64,000 nt of DNA from Candidatus Poribacteria bacterium (GCA_965205025.1 CBDBFU010000002.1:64001-128000), one strand, 5' to 3'. Shown: positions 20,551-31,361, counted from the first letter of the stretch. Translations and numbers: made by a program. The notes: generated by a model not told the origin, from the letters alone.

Positions 20551-21314
20551 ATAAAACCCCTCTCCCGTCAGTACTACACTGGGTTTAGATCCACATTTTT
20601 AAGGTCACAAGAATTTGTTAAAATTATAAAGTGGTGATGAATTTTGTGTCTTTTACTTTTCTCTTTGATCCATTGATTTAGGATTGTTTGAATGTGAAGT
20701 TTCTTATCCATCCATTTTGACAAGATATTGAAACATATCTCATAAATCATAGATTTGGAGGATTCATTAGTCTTACCATTTGCTATATTTTGAACCAACG
20801 GACAGGGAAACATCAATCCTATGAAGAGAATTATATCTGTATGGACGATTCGTAGTAATGAGATACACTGTAGTTTTCTGTTGTGCATGATAGTCTGTTT
20901 TGTTTGAAGTCGGTCTAATTTTTAGTTTTTCAAGTTTTTTTAGTTTTTCAATTTTTTTTAGTTGCTTTTTAAGAAATGATTTTTTAATGAGCCGTAAACC
21001 CTGTTGGGGATTGGGATAACAAAGAATTTGAGTAATAGGTGTAAAATTTTAAAATTTGAAAAACTAAAAAAATATTCGGTTGAATTCGCATTGATTTTCC
21101 TCTGTATCTGCTTATGAGGTGATAATTCTGAATGTTTTCGTTGTAATTCTAACATGGATTTTCCTATTTCCCAGATAGTGGATTTGGTTGAATTTGGCAT
21201 AAAGTTTAGAAGCCAACATAATTAGTAAATAGTTACACTTTCACGGTATAAACAATATTTCGTATCTTCCAAGTAATGTGTTAGTTTTAGTTTATAATTA
21301 ATGAACGATATAGT

Positions 21315-21343
21315 ATTGTATCATTTTGTTTGCATTTTGACAA
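21315..21343 (-). promoter_or_regulatory. Putative outward-facing sigma70 promoter (left module)
   Basis: Minus strand TTGTCA-N17-TACAAT; same boxes and spacing at 31362-31390. Confidence 0.6.
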
Positions 21344-21546
21344 ATATTTTTAATTTATTTTATATTATTGTGATATATGTGTGTTAGTTGTGATATGTTT
21401 ATATTTTCTTCAAATTATTTTAAGTCTTATGGAAAAAGTGTGAAATTAGAATTTGATACAGTTTATATTAAGAACCTGTATTTGATCCGTTTCTATTACG
21501 TAAATTAATGCCAAAAACTTTACACACCCTGATAACACCAAACACC

Positions 21547-21575
21547 TTGACTCTCGTTGTAAAATGTGTTAAAAT
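21547..21575 (+). promoter_or_regulatory. Putative sigma70 promoter for the restriction gene
   Basis: TTGACT-N17-TAAAAT, 100 nt upstream of the ATG at 21675. Confidence 0.55.
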
Positions 21576-21674
21576 ACCCACTTATTATTACTCATTCGTT
21601 ATATTGATTATTGTAAGATATAATTGTTTTCTATCCAAATTTACGTCCACTCTGTTAAAAGCAAAGAGATAATT

Positions 21675-24360
21675 ATGGCTTTACATCCCGATTTTCCTGA
21701 GTCTCCACATACAGTTATTGACCCCTCAGTACGTTGGACACCAGATGCAACGCAATTGTCCTTAATGGATAGCGATGTTTTACTCCCGCCACTTGTTCAA
21801 AAGATTCGTGAGGCAGTCAAAACGTGGCGTGATGATAACTACAAAGGTGCTTCCGAAACAAGCAAGGCACTGCTCAATTGGTGGTTCAAGACACCACACC
21901 TGCAAGAACAGTCTGATGGTACGACAACAGAGTTTCAATATTACTTTGCCCAACGCGAAGCAATGGAAACTATTGTTTATCTATATGATGTTGTCAAGGT
22001 CCAAGACGAAGTTGATCTGATAAGATTTGACAGTTCAAATGCTGTTTCAAGAGGGATGTTCGATGAAAATTGGCGACGGTTTGTCATAAAAATGGCAACA
22101 GGCACAGGTAAAACAAAGGTAATGAGTCTCGCTATCGCTTGGAGTTTCTTTAATAAGTTGTATGAACCCGATTCTGAACTTTCTCGAAATTTCCTTGTCA
22201 TCGCACCAAACATCATCGTCCTTGACAGACTTTATCACGATTTTCAAGGATTACGTATTTTCTTTGGCGACCCTGTTTTACCTGATAACGGTTTTGAAGG
22301 ACAGAATTGGCGAAACGATTTTCAACTCACCTTACATGTCCAAGATGAAGTGCGGACCACTCGCGCTACCGGAAACATCTTTCTCACAAACATCCACCGC
22401 GTCTATTCTAGTGATCAAACGCCACCATCACCGGATGACGACAATACTATGGACTACTACTTAGGTGAAAAACCAACCGGGGCAACCACAGATTCCAAAG
22501 TGGACCTTGGAGACATCGTCCGAGACATTGACGAATTGATGGTACTAAACGACGAGGCACATCATATCCATAACCCTAAGATGGCATGGTTTAAGTCTAT
22601 TGAGGATATTCACAATCGCCTTGTGCAAAAAGACAGCGAATTGGCTTTGCAGATTGACGTAACGGCAACTCCAAAACACAACAACGGTGCAATCTTTGTC
22701 CAAACTGTCTCGGATTATCCGCTTGTTGAGGCTATTTCGCAAAATGTCGTTAAACATCCAATTCTCCCAGATGATTCAAGCAAGTCAAAACTTAGAGAAA
22801 AACAGAGTGTAAAGTTCACAGAGAGGTATGTGGATTATCTTAATCTCGGCGTTATTGAGTGGCGTAAAGCCTATGCAGAACATGAGAAATTGGGCAAAAA
22901 AGCAATTCTTTTTGTGATGACCGATGACACACGAAATTGTGATGAAGTGGCAGAATTCCTCGAAAATTTCTATCCTGAACTTAAAGATGCTGTACTCACA
23001 ATTCATACCAAGAAAAACGGTGAAATCTCTGAAGCAACAACTGGAAAGAAAAAGGAAGAACTTGAAAAAACTCCGTAAACAAGCGAATGAGATTGATTCA
23101 TGGGAGAGTCCATACAAAGCAATCGTTTCTGTGTTAATGCTCAAGGAAGGATGGGATGTCAAGAACGTCACAACCATTGTGGGACTCCGTGCCTATTCTG
23201 CCGAAAGTAACATCCTACCGGAACAGACTTTAGGACGCGGACTCAGACGAATGTATAATAACCCAGTGGATGAGTCTGTGAGTGTCGTCGGGACCGATGC
23301 CTTTATGGATTTTGTGGAAAAGATTCAAGAAGAAGGTGTTGAATTAGAACGTCAAGAAATGGGTGAGGGGGTTGGTCCTCCACCAGTTCTTGTGATTGAG
23401 GTGGACAAAGAGAATGTCAACAAGGACATTGGCGCACTTGATATTGAAATTCCGATACTGACGCGGCGCGTCTATCGTGAATACAAGAATCTTGAAGACT
23501 TGGATGTTAGAAGTCTTGTCTTTAAACCGATTATCTATCAGTCTTTTGGTGTAGATCAGTTACGAGAGATTGAATTCCGTTATATGACAACAAGTGAGGT
23601 TGCACATACAACAGTTTTAGAAAGTCCCGGTATCGAAGATTATCGTAATGTCCTCGGTTATTTTGCACAAACCCTTATGAAAGAACTCCGACTCGTCAGC
23701 GGTTATGATGTCTTGTATGCAAAGGTAAAAGTATTTATACAACATCATCTATTTGGTGAGACTGTAGCGTTAGATAATCCCAATACTTTGCGTAATCTCG
23801 CGGAGCTTCCCGCTACAAAAACTGTCATTGAAACGTTCAAGCAAGCCATCAACGACTTAACGGTCCAAGACAAAGGCGATGCACAGCTAATCGAAACCAC
23901 TAAAATAAGCAGTACAAGACCCTTTAGGGTGAAAGATAGAGAACATTTGGTTCCAGCAAAATCTGTGTTCAACAAAATCGTTGGTGATAGTCATTTTGAA
24001 TTGGAATTTGCCAGATTTTTGGAAGTATGTCCAGATGTTGTTTCCTACGCTAAAAACTACTACGGGGTGCATTTCAAACTTGATTATGTCAATGCAGATG
24101 GCGATATTTCAAACTACTATCCTGACTTTATTGTCAAGTTGACAGATGAGAGTGTCGTTGTCGTCGAAACGAAAGGATTAGAGGATTTAGATGTACCGCT
24201 CAAAATGGAACGTTTATCGCAATGGTGTAAGGATGTTAACAATATCTCATCAGATGTAAGTTATGATTTTGTTTTTGTTGATGAGGAGAGTTTTCGGACA
24301 TATCAACCAACAACATTTCAGATGTTGCTTGACGGGTTTACTGAATATAAAACAACATAA
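21675..24360 (+). pseudogene. res: Type III restriction endonuclease Res subunit (SF2 helicase plus nuclease), frameshifted at an A6 run (23065-23070)
   Basis: MATGTGKT, NDEAHH, TATP, EGWDV and QTLGRGLRR helicase motifs; YYPDFIV...VVETKG nuclease motif; removing one A joins ORFs 21624..23078 and 22924..24360 (EELEK-LRKQ). Confidence 0.88.
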
Positions 24361-24486
24361 CGATGCCTTAAACCGCAATGATAATGTAGTGTTGTAAAGT
24401 AATAATTTTTGACATTCATACTAATTTGTGTTAGGATTTTAAACGAGATTTATTACATATTTTACCTTTTGAGAGGAGATAGCATT

Positions 24487-25581
24487 ATGAAAGCTTACGC
24501 ATTCTGGAACAACAAAGGAGGTGTCGGAAAAAGTTTCTTAAGTTTTGTTGCAGCAACTGAGTATGCCCGTACTTACCCAAACACCGATGTCTATGTTATA
24601 GACCTTTGCCCGCAGGCAAATATCTCTGAGATGTTGCTATTAGATTCCGAAATCTTAATTAATTCCAAGGACCAACTGCCAATATTTAGTTATGAGGTAG
24701 TCCGTGAAAATTTTGATCCAATACACAAACTGATAGGAAAAAATCCGCGTGCTACAGTTGCGGGCTACCTTGAAGCGCGACTGAATTCTCCATTCAAACT
24801 GATTGAGGATGTATCTCCTTATGTGTGCCGTCCTCAGAACTTCAATACAAAACTACCCGAAAACTTACTTTTGGTATGTGGTGATTATCTGTTGGAAATC
24901 CTCTCAGAAGCAATTAGACAAACCTCTCAACTCGCCATTCCAGTAGATGCATGGAAGCAGGTCCTCAGTTGGATCAAAGATCTAACATCTGCGTTACGTA
25001 AGCGCAGCGGAAGCAGAAATGCCCTTTTTATCCTTGACTGTAATCCGAGTTTCGCTGTCTATACGCAATTGGCTCTCGCTGCAGCTGAAAACCTTGTAAT
25101 ACCTTTTACACCTGATGATAGTTCGCGGAGAGCTGTGGAGAATGTCGTTGCGCTACTTTATGGTCACGGTATAGGTGACCCGAAGATAGAAACTTATGCG
25201 AAAATCAACTTCGCTGATAAAGCAAAGGAAGAAAGTTTAGATGTTCCGAAGCTTCATACCTTTGTCAGTAATCGCGTAACCCTTTACCGTGGCACAGCAA
25301 GTAAGGCTTTTGAAGCAATGAGTGAATCCATCAAAGAAACAGTGAATAGGCTTCATGAGGAACATCCGAAGATCTATGCAACTCCAAAGGAGTTCCCGAG
25401 TAAAAGGTTCATAGAGGTCCCCGACTATCACAGTGCATGTGTCGTCATGACAGTTAAAGGAATACCCTTAGACAGCCTTCATGCCAGAGAATATATGATT
25501 CGCAAAAAGCGGGTTCAACTTAGTCCTGAACCTTTAGATCGGTATCGTGAAGCACTCACCGAATTTGTAAGTTATCTTTAA
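24487..25581 (+). CDS. ParA/MinD-family ATPase
   Basis: NNKGGVGKS deviant Walker A, IDLCPQAN, LDCNPS; AGGAG RBS before ATG 24487. Confidence 0.88.
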   Translation: MKAYAFWNNKGGVGKSFLSFVAATEYARTYPNTDVYVIDLCPQANISEMLLLDSEILINSKDQLPIFSYEVVRENFDPIHKLIGKNPRATVAGYLEARLNSPFKLIEDVSPYVCRPQNFNTKLPENLLLVCGDYLLEILSEAIRQTSQLAIPVDAWKQVLSWIKDLTSALRKRSGSRNALFILDCNPSFAVYTQLALAAAENLVIPFTPDDSSRRAVENVVALLYGHGIGDPKIETYAKINFADKAKEESLDVPKLHTFVSNRVTLYRGTASKAFEAMSESIKETVNRLHEEHPKIYATPKEFPSKRFIEVPDYHSACVVMTVKGIPLDSLHAREYMIRKKRVQLSPEPLDRYREALTEFVSYL

Positions 25582-25590
25582 AGGTTTCTT

Positions 25591-26193
25591 GTGCCATCAC
25601 CAGCAGCATTGAAGTACACGGACTCGGCAAATCGCATACAGACGCTTCGTAGAGCAGCAACAGATAGGCGATTACGCCCTATGTCCCATGATGAGATACA
25701 GGTTTTCTATCACGCAGCTCTTACCAGTTACGTCGCAGCGTGGAATGCATACATTGATAACTTAGTGCGTAACTTCTATGATGTGATAGTAGATCCTGCG
25801 AACCCTGAATTTGACGCTATACATACACTCGCCAAAGGTGTAGTAGAAAATGCCTTGGTAAGATTCAATACTCCAAACTGGGAAAACACACGCGATCTCC
25901 TCAATCAATACACGGGATACGATCCTATCAACGATTGGGGCGGATCTCAAGGGAATATGAATCTCCAACAGATCCATCAACGATTAAATGAGATATTACG
26001 GGTACGCCATAGTCTTGCACACGGTTCCGATATGCCTGCTTATAATTGGACACAATCACCAAGTCGCAGTGTCCGCCTAACCAGCAAAGCTATTCAAGAG
26101 ACTGAGGCTTTCTTCAAAAATCTTGTTAAGGTTACGGACAAGGGCATGAAAGAACATATTAAAGACACTTATAAACTTACCAACATTTGGTGA
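25591..26193 (+). CDS. HEPN-domain protein (putative RNase)
   Basis: N-terminal helix YVAAWNAYID and RHSLAH (Rx4H) motif; starts 9 nt after the ParA gene. Confidence 0.72.
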   Translation: MPSPAALKYTDSANRIQTLRRAATDRRLRPMSHDEIQVFYHAALTSYVAAWNAYIDNLVRNFYDVIVDPANPEFDAIHTLAKGVVENALVRFNTPNWENTRDLLNQYTGYDPINDWGGSQGNMNLQQIHQRLNEILRVRHSLAHGSDMPAYNWTQSPSRSVRLTSKAIQETEAFFKNLVKVTDKGMKEHIKDTYKLTNIW

Positions 26194-26270
26194 CTAATAC
26201 CTTAATAATTCCAACTCACACTGTTTTTCTGAAGGCACATTATAGTAAAAACCCTTTATTCTCAGTTTTC

Positions 26271-26333
26271 GCTCCAGCGGAGAAATATGTCTATAGTAGT
26301 TGATAAATCCCGTAAAGGCGAGGTACCCTCGCC
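26271..26333. repeat. REP-like elements
   Basis: GCTCCAGCGGAGAAATATGTCTATAG (inverse of the 20218 family) and hairpin GGCGAGG-tac-CCTCGCC. Confidence 0.55.
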
Positions 26334-26365
26334 AATTCAATAGTTGATCGGTGGTGGTATATGAT

Positions 26366-27109
26366 ATGAAGGTTAACTACTCCGAAGAACTACCACATGC
26401 TTTTGTTGTTGGACCAGATGAACTAAAAAAACTGGTTGGACTACTGCAAGAGTGTATCGGTGAAGTTAGTCTTAGTGTTGATTGTATAGATAAATTACAA
26501 CGCGAATTCCCTACAGTAAAAGATCTCATTGATTATGAAAATCCCAAGTCAAAAAGGATTTGTCGTATCTATCTGAGTGCCCGCGAAGATATTGAAAAAT
26601 CCGCCACAATTACTTTCCGTGATGCCTCCTCTTTTAGCGGAGGCGTATCACTTAGTATAACTGCACGCGAAGACGTTGTTTTGAGATTAAAAGATAAAAT
26701 GTTGGATATTGTTGCGGGGACGCGTCCATGGTATAACTCACTCGCTCGCTCTGATTTAGCCTCCCAAACTGGACTTGTCTTTTATTTTTTATCTTTTCTG
26801 GGAGTAATTGTCTTGAGCACATTCATTGCCTTCAAATTTGGACTTATCTCGGATTCCAAAGAAGGAATGGAATTCGGTGATCAATTAAGGTCCTTTATCT
26901 GGTTCACATCTGCTATTTTTGTCATTGTGTATTTAGCATTCTTTTCTAAACTACTCAAGTGGTTATTTCCATTAGCTGTTTTTACTATCGGTCAAGGAGA
27001 ATATCGATTTGAGACATTGAAACGAGTTCAGTGGGGTGTAGTAATCTCTTTGGCAGTTTCACTTGCTGCTGGATGTCTACTTCTGATTTTTCAAGTAATT
27101 GCTGCATGA
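26366..27109 (+). CDS. Hypothetical protein: soluble N-terminal domain plus ~3 C-terminal TM helices
   Basis: Hydrophobic stretches LVFYFLSFLGVIVLSTFIAF, FIWFTSAIFVIVYLAFF and VVISLAVSLAAGCLLLIF. Confidence 0.7.
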   Translation: MKVNYSEELPHAFVVGPDELKKLVGLLQECIGEVSLSVDCIDKLQREFPTVKDLIDYENPKSKRICRIYLSAREDIEKSATITFRDASSFSGGVSLSITAREDVVLRLKDKMLDIVAGTRPWYNSLARSDLASQTGLVFYFLSFLGVIVLSTFIAFKFGLISDSKEGMEFGDQLRSFIWFTSAIFVIVYLAFFSKLLKWLFPLAVFTIGQGEYRFETLKRVQWGVVISLAVSLAAGCLLLIFQVIAA

Positions 27110-27160
27110 TATTATACTACCCCAAAACTCATAGTATAATCCTAATTAAAAGAGAAACCT

Positions 27161-29395
27161 ATGTCACGACTCACAGAACAAGAACAACAGGAAATCATCC
27201 GCTTCATAGAAGCAGACAAACCACTACCCGAAAAATACCGATTTCTACTATTTGAAGACAAACGCGAAGTAGAACTCGTTTGGAACGGCAAGACCAACGA
27301 AGTTTGCAACATTGTGCTGCCATTTCAGACAATTGAGCATGTAGATGAACCTCGTGCAGAATCCAATGAACAACTTGATCTTTTTGATATGCGTGGAAGA
27401 CAACAGAAAGGGTGGACAAACAAGTTAATCTGGGGTGACAACAAACTAATTTTATCATCACTCAAGAACGGACCGCTACGCGAGGTAATTGAAGCACAAG
27501 GCGGTCTCAAACTTATCTATATTGACCCACCCTTTGACGTAGGCGCGGATTTTTCTATGGATATTGAGATCGGTGAGGAGACCCTCACTAAAAAACCAAA
27601 CATCCTTGAAGAAATTGCCTATCGTGATACATGGGGAAAAGGTGCTGACTCATTTATGGCAATGATATATGAAAGACTAATTCTCATGCGTGACTTACTT
27701 GCAGATGATGGTAGTATTTATGTTCATTGTGATTGGCGAGTGAGTGGATATATACGACTTATATTGGATGAAGTATTTGGAAAGGACTACTTTCAAAATG
27801 AGATTATATGGCAAGGAGCTATAGGGGACACATCTGATAAGAACAAGAAATTTATCAAGTCACATGAGACCATTTACTTCTATCGTAGGAATAAGATATT
27901 ATGGAATGATGTTTTTCAAGAGTATAGTGATACAAGTAAGAAACTTTATAGGTTTGAAGATGAAAAAGGTCGTTATAGATTAGGACCTGTTGATAATCCA
28001 GGAGGAGGAGGTTACCTGTATGACCTCGGATTCGAAGAAAAACCCCCAGCAGGTGGATATAGAATGCCTCTTGAAACTGCTCTTATCTGGATTGAAAATG
28101 GTGAACTTTTTATTGAAAAAGGTAAAGTTCCTTCTAGAAAACTATACATGGGAGAGGGTGTTAGATGTCGTGATGTTTGGGTAGATATCAATTCCATACA
28201 AGGTTCCGAATATTTAAAATATCCAACACAAAAACCTGAAGCATTAATTGAACGTATTATCAAAGCATCCTCTAACGAAGGTGACCTTATTGCTGATTTC
28301 TTCTGTGGTTCTGGCACAACTGCCGCCGTTGCTGAAAAACTTGGGCGTAAATGGATCGTTACGGACCTCGGTAAGTTTGCTATCCACACAACACGCAAGC
28401 GGATGATAGGGGTTCAGCGGGAACTCAAAACAGATGGAAAAGATTATCGAGCCTTTGAAATCCTCAATCTCGGCAAATATGAACGTCAACACTACGTTGG
28501 CATCAATCCGAATCTACGAGAAGTTGAACAGCAGAAACAATTAGAGGAAAAAGAAAATGCATTTATGGAGTTAATCCTGCGTGCCTACGCTGCAGAAAAA
28601 GCTGAAGGCTTTGAAAGTTTTCAAGGTAAAAAAGCGGGTAGACTTATCGCCATCGGTCCCGTCAATTTACCCGTGACGCGTCTATTCATAGAGGAAATTA
28701 TCCTTGAATGCCGTAAGCATCAGATCACCCGTGTTGACGTTCTCGGATTTGAGTTTGAGATGGGACTATTCCCTAACCTGTTAGAAGAAGCGAAAAGCAA
28801 AGGTATTGACCTTGCACCGAAATACATCCCTGCCGAAGTATTTGACAAGCGTGCTGTGGAGCAAAATCAGGTTGTGTTTCATGATGTGGCATTTATTGAA
28901 GTTAAACCTCATGTAACAGCAGCAGAAAAAGATAAACCAACTACAGTAGCAGTAGAACTAACCGATTTTTCTGTCTTTTACTCCCAAGATTCTATCTCCG
29001 ATGCTACACAAACATTAAAGAACAAGAGCAGTAAGATCGTGGTGAAAGAGGGAAAGGTCATAAAGGTTAGCAAAGATGCAGATGGGATTGTTAGTCCTGA
29101 GGAGTTAACTAAGCACTGGACGGACTGGATTGATTATTGGTCAGTTGATTTTGACTTTGAGAGCAAACGCGAAATTATCCGCGTACAGAATCCTGATACA
29201 GAAGAATGGGAAGAACAGTGGTCAGGTGACTTTATCTTTGAGAATGAGTGGCAAAGTTTCCGCACCAAAAAAGATCGTTCTTTGGAGTTGACGAGTATAG
29301 CGCATGAATGTGAACCCGGCCCCCGCAAAATTGCAGTTAAGGTTGTAGACATTTTTGGTAACGATACGATGACAATTGTTGAGGTGACAATTTGA
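27161..29395 (+). CDS. mod: Type III R-M modification methyltransferase (beta-class N6/N4 MTase)
   Basis: IYIDPPF catalytic motif, YPTQKPE and DFFCGSGTT SAM-binding motif; long C-terminal extension; linked to res. Confidence 0.9.
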   Translation: MSRLTEQEQQEIIRFIEADKPLPEKYRFLLFEDKREVELVWNGKTNEVCNIVLPFQTIEHVDEPRAESNEQLDLFDMRGRQQKGWTNKLIWGDNKLILSSLKNGPLREVIEAQGGLKLIYIDPPFDVGADFSMDIEIGEETLTKKPNILEEIAYRDTWGKGADSFMAMIYERLILMRDLLADDGSIYVHCDWRVSGYIRLILDEVFGKDYFQNEIIWQGAIGDTSDKNKKFIKSHETIYFYRRNKILWNDVFQEYSDTSKKLYRFEDEKGRYRLGPVDNPGGGGYLYDLGFEEKPPAGGYRMPLETALIWIENGELFIEKGKVPSRKLYMGEGVRCRDVWVDINSIQGSEYLKYPTQKPEALIERIIKASSNEGDLIADFFCGSGTTAAVAEKLGRKWIVTDLGKFAIHTTRKRMIGVQRELKTDGKDYRAFEILNLGKYERQHYVGINPNLREVEQQKQLEEKENAFMELILRAYAAEKAEGFESFQGKKAGRLIAIGPVNLPVTRLFIEEIILECRKHQITRVDVLGFEFEMGLFPNLLEEAKSKGIDLAPKYIPAEVFDKRAVEQNQVVFHDVAFIEVKPHVTAAEKDKPTTVAVELTDFSVFYSQDSISDATQTLKNKSSKIVVKEGKVIKVSKDADGIVSPEELTKHWTDWIDYWSVDFDFESKREIIRVQNPDTEEWEEQWSGDFIFENEWQSFRTKKDRSLELTSIAHECEPGPRKIAVKVVDIFGNDTMTIVEVTI

Positions 29396-30954
29396 AAATA
29401 GAGTCAATACATTTACAGAATTTCAAGCGATTTACTGACTTGAAAATTCAAAACATTCCAGCGACAGCAAAATTAGTAGTACTTCTTGGACCTAACGGCT
29501 GTGGAAAATCATCTTTGTTTGATGCGCTACATCAAAAATCTTATGAGTATAGGCAAATAGGACACTCCAAAGATCCTGATTACTATTTTAAGATGTCGTC
29601 TACTACAATACAACAGCAAGTACCTCTTACTATTGAATTTCACAATGCTTCACAAGCCGATCTAAGAAAATCCATTTATGTGCGAACCGCCTACCGTAAT
29701 GATCCGGTGATAGATATTGGTTCGATACGAACAATGTCCTCGGTTTTGCAAGAGACAAGATTCATGAGGATGATTGAAAACGATGCTGCAGCTGGGACGA
29801 ATTTTCAAAGGCTTGCTTCTAATGCCCTTGAACGTGCGTATAGAAGAGAAGATCGCGCAAAAACTTTAGCGGACTTTCAAGACGAGACACTTGGTGAGAT
29901 TCAGGACGCTATGAGAAGACTTTTCCCTGATTTAGTCCTCAATAGTTTAGGAAATCCGCTTACGGACAGAAGTTTTACTTTTGACAAAGGAACAAGTAGA
30001 AACTTTCATTATAAGAATCTTTCCGGTGGAGAAAAGTCTGCTTTTGATTTGCTTCTTGACATTTTCGTCAAGAAAGTAGAATACGATGACACTGTGTTTT
30101 GTATAGACGAACCAGAAGCACACATGAATCCAAGATTACAAGGAAAACTCCTTGAAGAACTCTTTCGCCTTGTAGATGATAAATCGCAATTGTGGATTGC
30201 AACGCATGCGATCGGAATGATGCGAATGGCATTGAAATTGTACGAGCAACATAGAGATCAAGTTGTATTTCTTGATTTTACTGATGGAAACTTTGATGAT
30301 TCAGAAATTATAGAACCTGCCACACCCAATCGTAGATTCTGGGAACAAACACACGCGATTGCTTTAGACGACTTAGCTGCCCTGGTCGCCCCAGATCAAA
30401 TTATAATTTGCGAGGGAAAACAAGGAAGTGAAGGCTTTGACGCATCATGCTACAACTATATCTTTTCTGAAGAATTTCCGAATACAAAATTCGTTTCGGC
30501 AGGTGGGAAAAGAGACTTACAAAATTATATTTCAGTTGTTGAAGCCGTTACGATGGGGACAAAGGTCTTTGGACTCAGAGATTCTGATAGGAATACTTCA
30601 CCTGAAGATGTAGTCCGATTAGAAAAGGAAGGAATAAAGGTTCTACAACGTGGGAAAATCGAAAACTACCTGCTTGCTGATGATGTATTGGATGTCCTAT
30701 GTAAAAATAAGGGATTAGAACCTCATCCGGAAAAGGTAGCTGAATTGATAAAATTACGAGACAATGCTGAAGATATAAAAAGTGCTCCTATTCAAATCCG
30801 GAACAAGCTAGATAACTGGGGAGTGCACGGGGTCGGAGAAAATTATCAAGGCTTTCTGAGCAATACACTTGCTCCGTTAATCAAGCCAGGGATGCAAACT
30901 TACGATGACTTGAAAGAAATAATTTTTGGCAATGACCCCATGACAAATCAATAG
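29392..30954 (+). CDS. OLD-like ABC ATPase fused to a TOPRIM nuclease domain
   Basis: GPNGCGKS, LSGGEK, IDEPEAH and ATH; C-terminal ICEG...D and RDSD TOPRIM-like residues; TTG start overlaps the mod stop. Confidence 0.78.
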   Translation: MKIESIHLQNFKRFTDLKIQNIPATAKLVVLLGPNGCGKSSLFDALHQKSYEYRQIGHSKDPDYYFKMSSTTIQQQVPLTIEFHNASQADLRKSIYVRTAYRNDPVIDIGSIRTMSSVLQETRFMRMIENDAAAGTNFQRLASNALERAYRREDRAKTLADFQDETLGEIQDAMRRLFPDLVLNSLGNPLTDRSFTFDKGTSRNFHYKNLSGGEKSAFDLLLDIFVKKVEYDDTVFCIDEPEAHMNPRLQGKLLEELFRLVDDKSQLWIATHAIGMMRMALKLYEQHRDQVVFLDFTDGNFDDSEIIEPATPNRRFWEQTHAIALDDLAALVAPDQIIICEGKQGSEGFDASCYNYIFSEEFPNTKFVSAGGKRDLQNYISVVEAVTMGTKVFGLRDSDRNTSPEDVVRLEKEGIKVLQRGKIENYLLADDVLDVLCKNKGLEPHPEKVAELIKLRDNAEDIKSAPIQIRNKLDNWGVHGVGENYQGFLSNTLAPLIKPGMQTYDDLKEIIFGNDPMTNQ

Positions 30955-31361
30955 AACTTATGCACTTCCTTTAAAATCATCTGATAAGGGCATTTAGGGG
31001 TGCGTTTTAGTGGACAGTCAAGTAAGTATATAGAAATGTAAAATCAGTAGGTACGGTACAGATATACAGTCAAAAAGATACATAACACCATAGGAAAGGT
31101 ATTTATCCTTACCCTTGATTACGAACCTTGTAAAATTGTAATACCATTTCTTTTTAAAATTTAAACAGTTCACATTACGAATACTCTTAGTAGTCCCTCT
31201 GATAAGGGGGATTTAGGGGATTTCTTCAATTGCAGGGTTCCTTCAGATGCTGGGGTTTCTTCAATTGCTAATGAACAATCATTATTTTGGATAAAATAAA
31301 AAAATGAAGAAAACATCTACCGCCAACAACTAACATACATATCACAATAATATAAAAATAC

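Larger units (their letters stand above)
20359..21530. mobile_element. Putative non-autonomous 1.17-kb element bounded by perfect 23-bp terminal inverted repeats
   Basis: AGGGTGTGTAAAGTTTTTGGCAT at 20359-20381 and its exact reverse complement at 21508-21530; no transposase inside; no obvious TSD. Confidence 0.7.

Noticed and set aside
20574-21200. ORFs 20574..20888 and 20958..21200 (also 31479..31697, 31682..31870) as protein genes
   Set aside because: No recognisable motifs and no evident similarity between left and right modules; not called as CDS, though small peptides cannot be excluded
24487-25581. Plasmid or chromosome partition system
   Set aside because: No ParB, parS or replication gene nearby; the partner is a HEPN protein in an R-M locus
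29392-30954. Gabija or PARIS system
   Set aside because: No adjacent UvrD-like GajB or separate AriB gene; only a fused ATPase-TOPRIM is supported, though a fused PARIS-like form cannot be excluded without an HMM search
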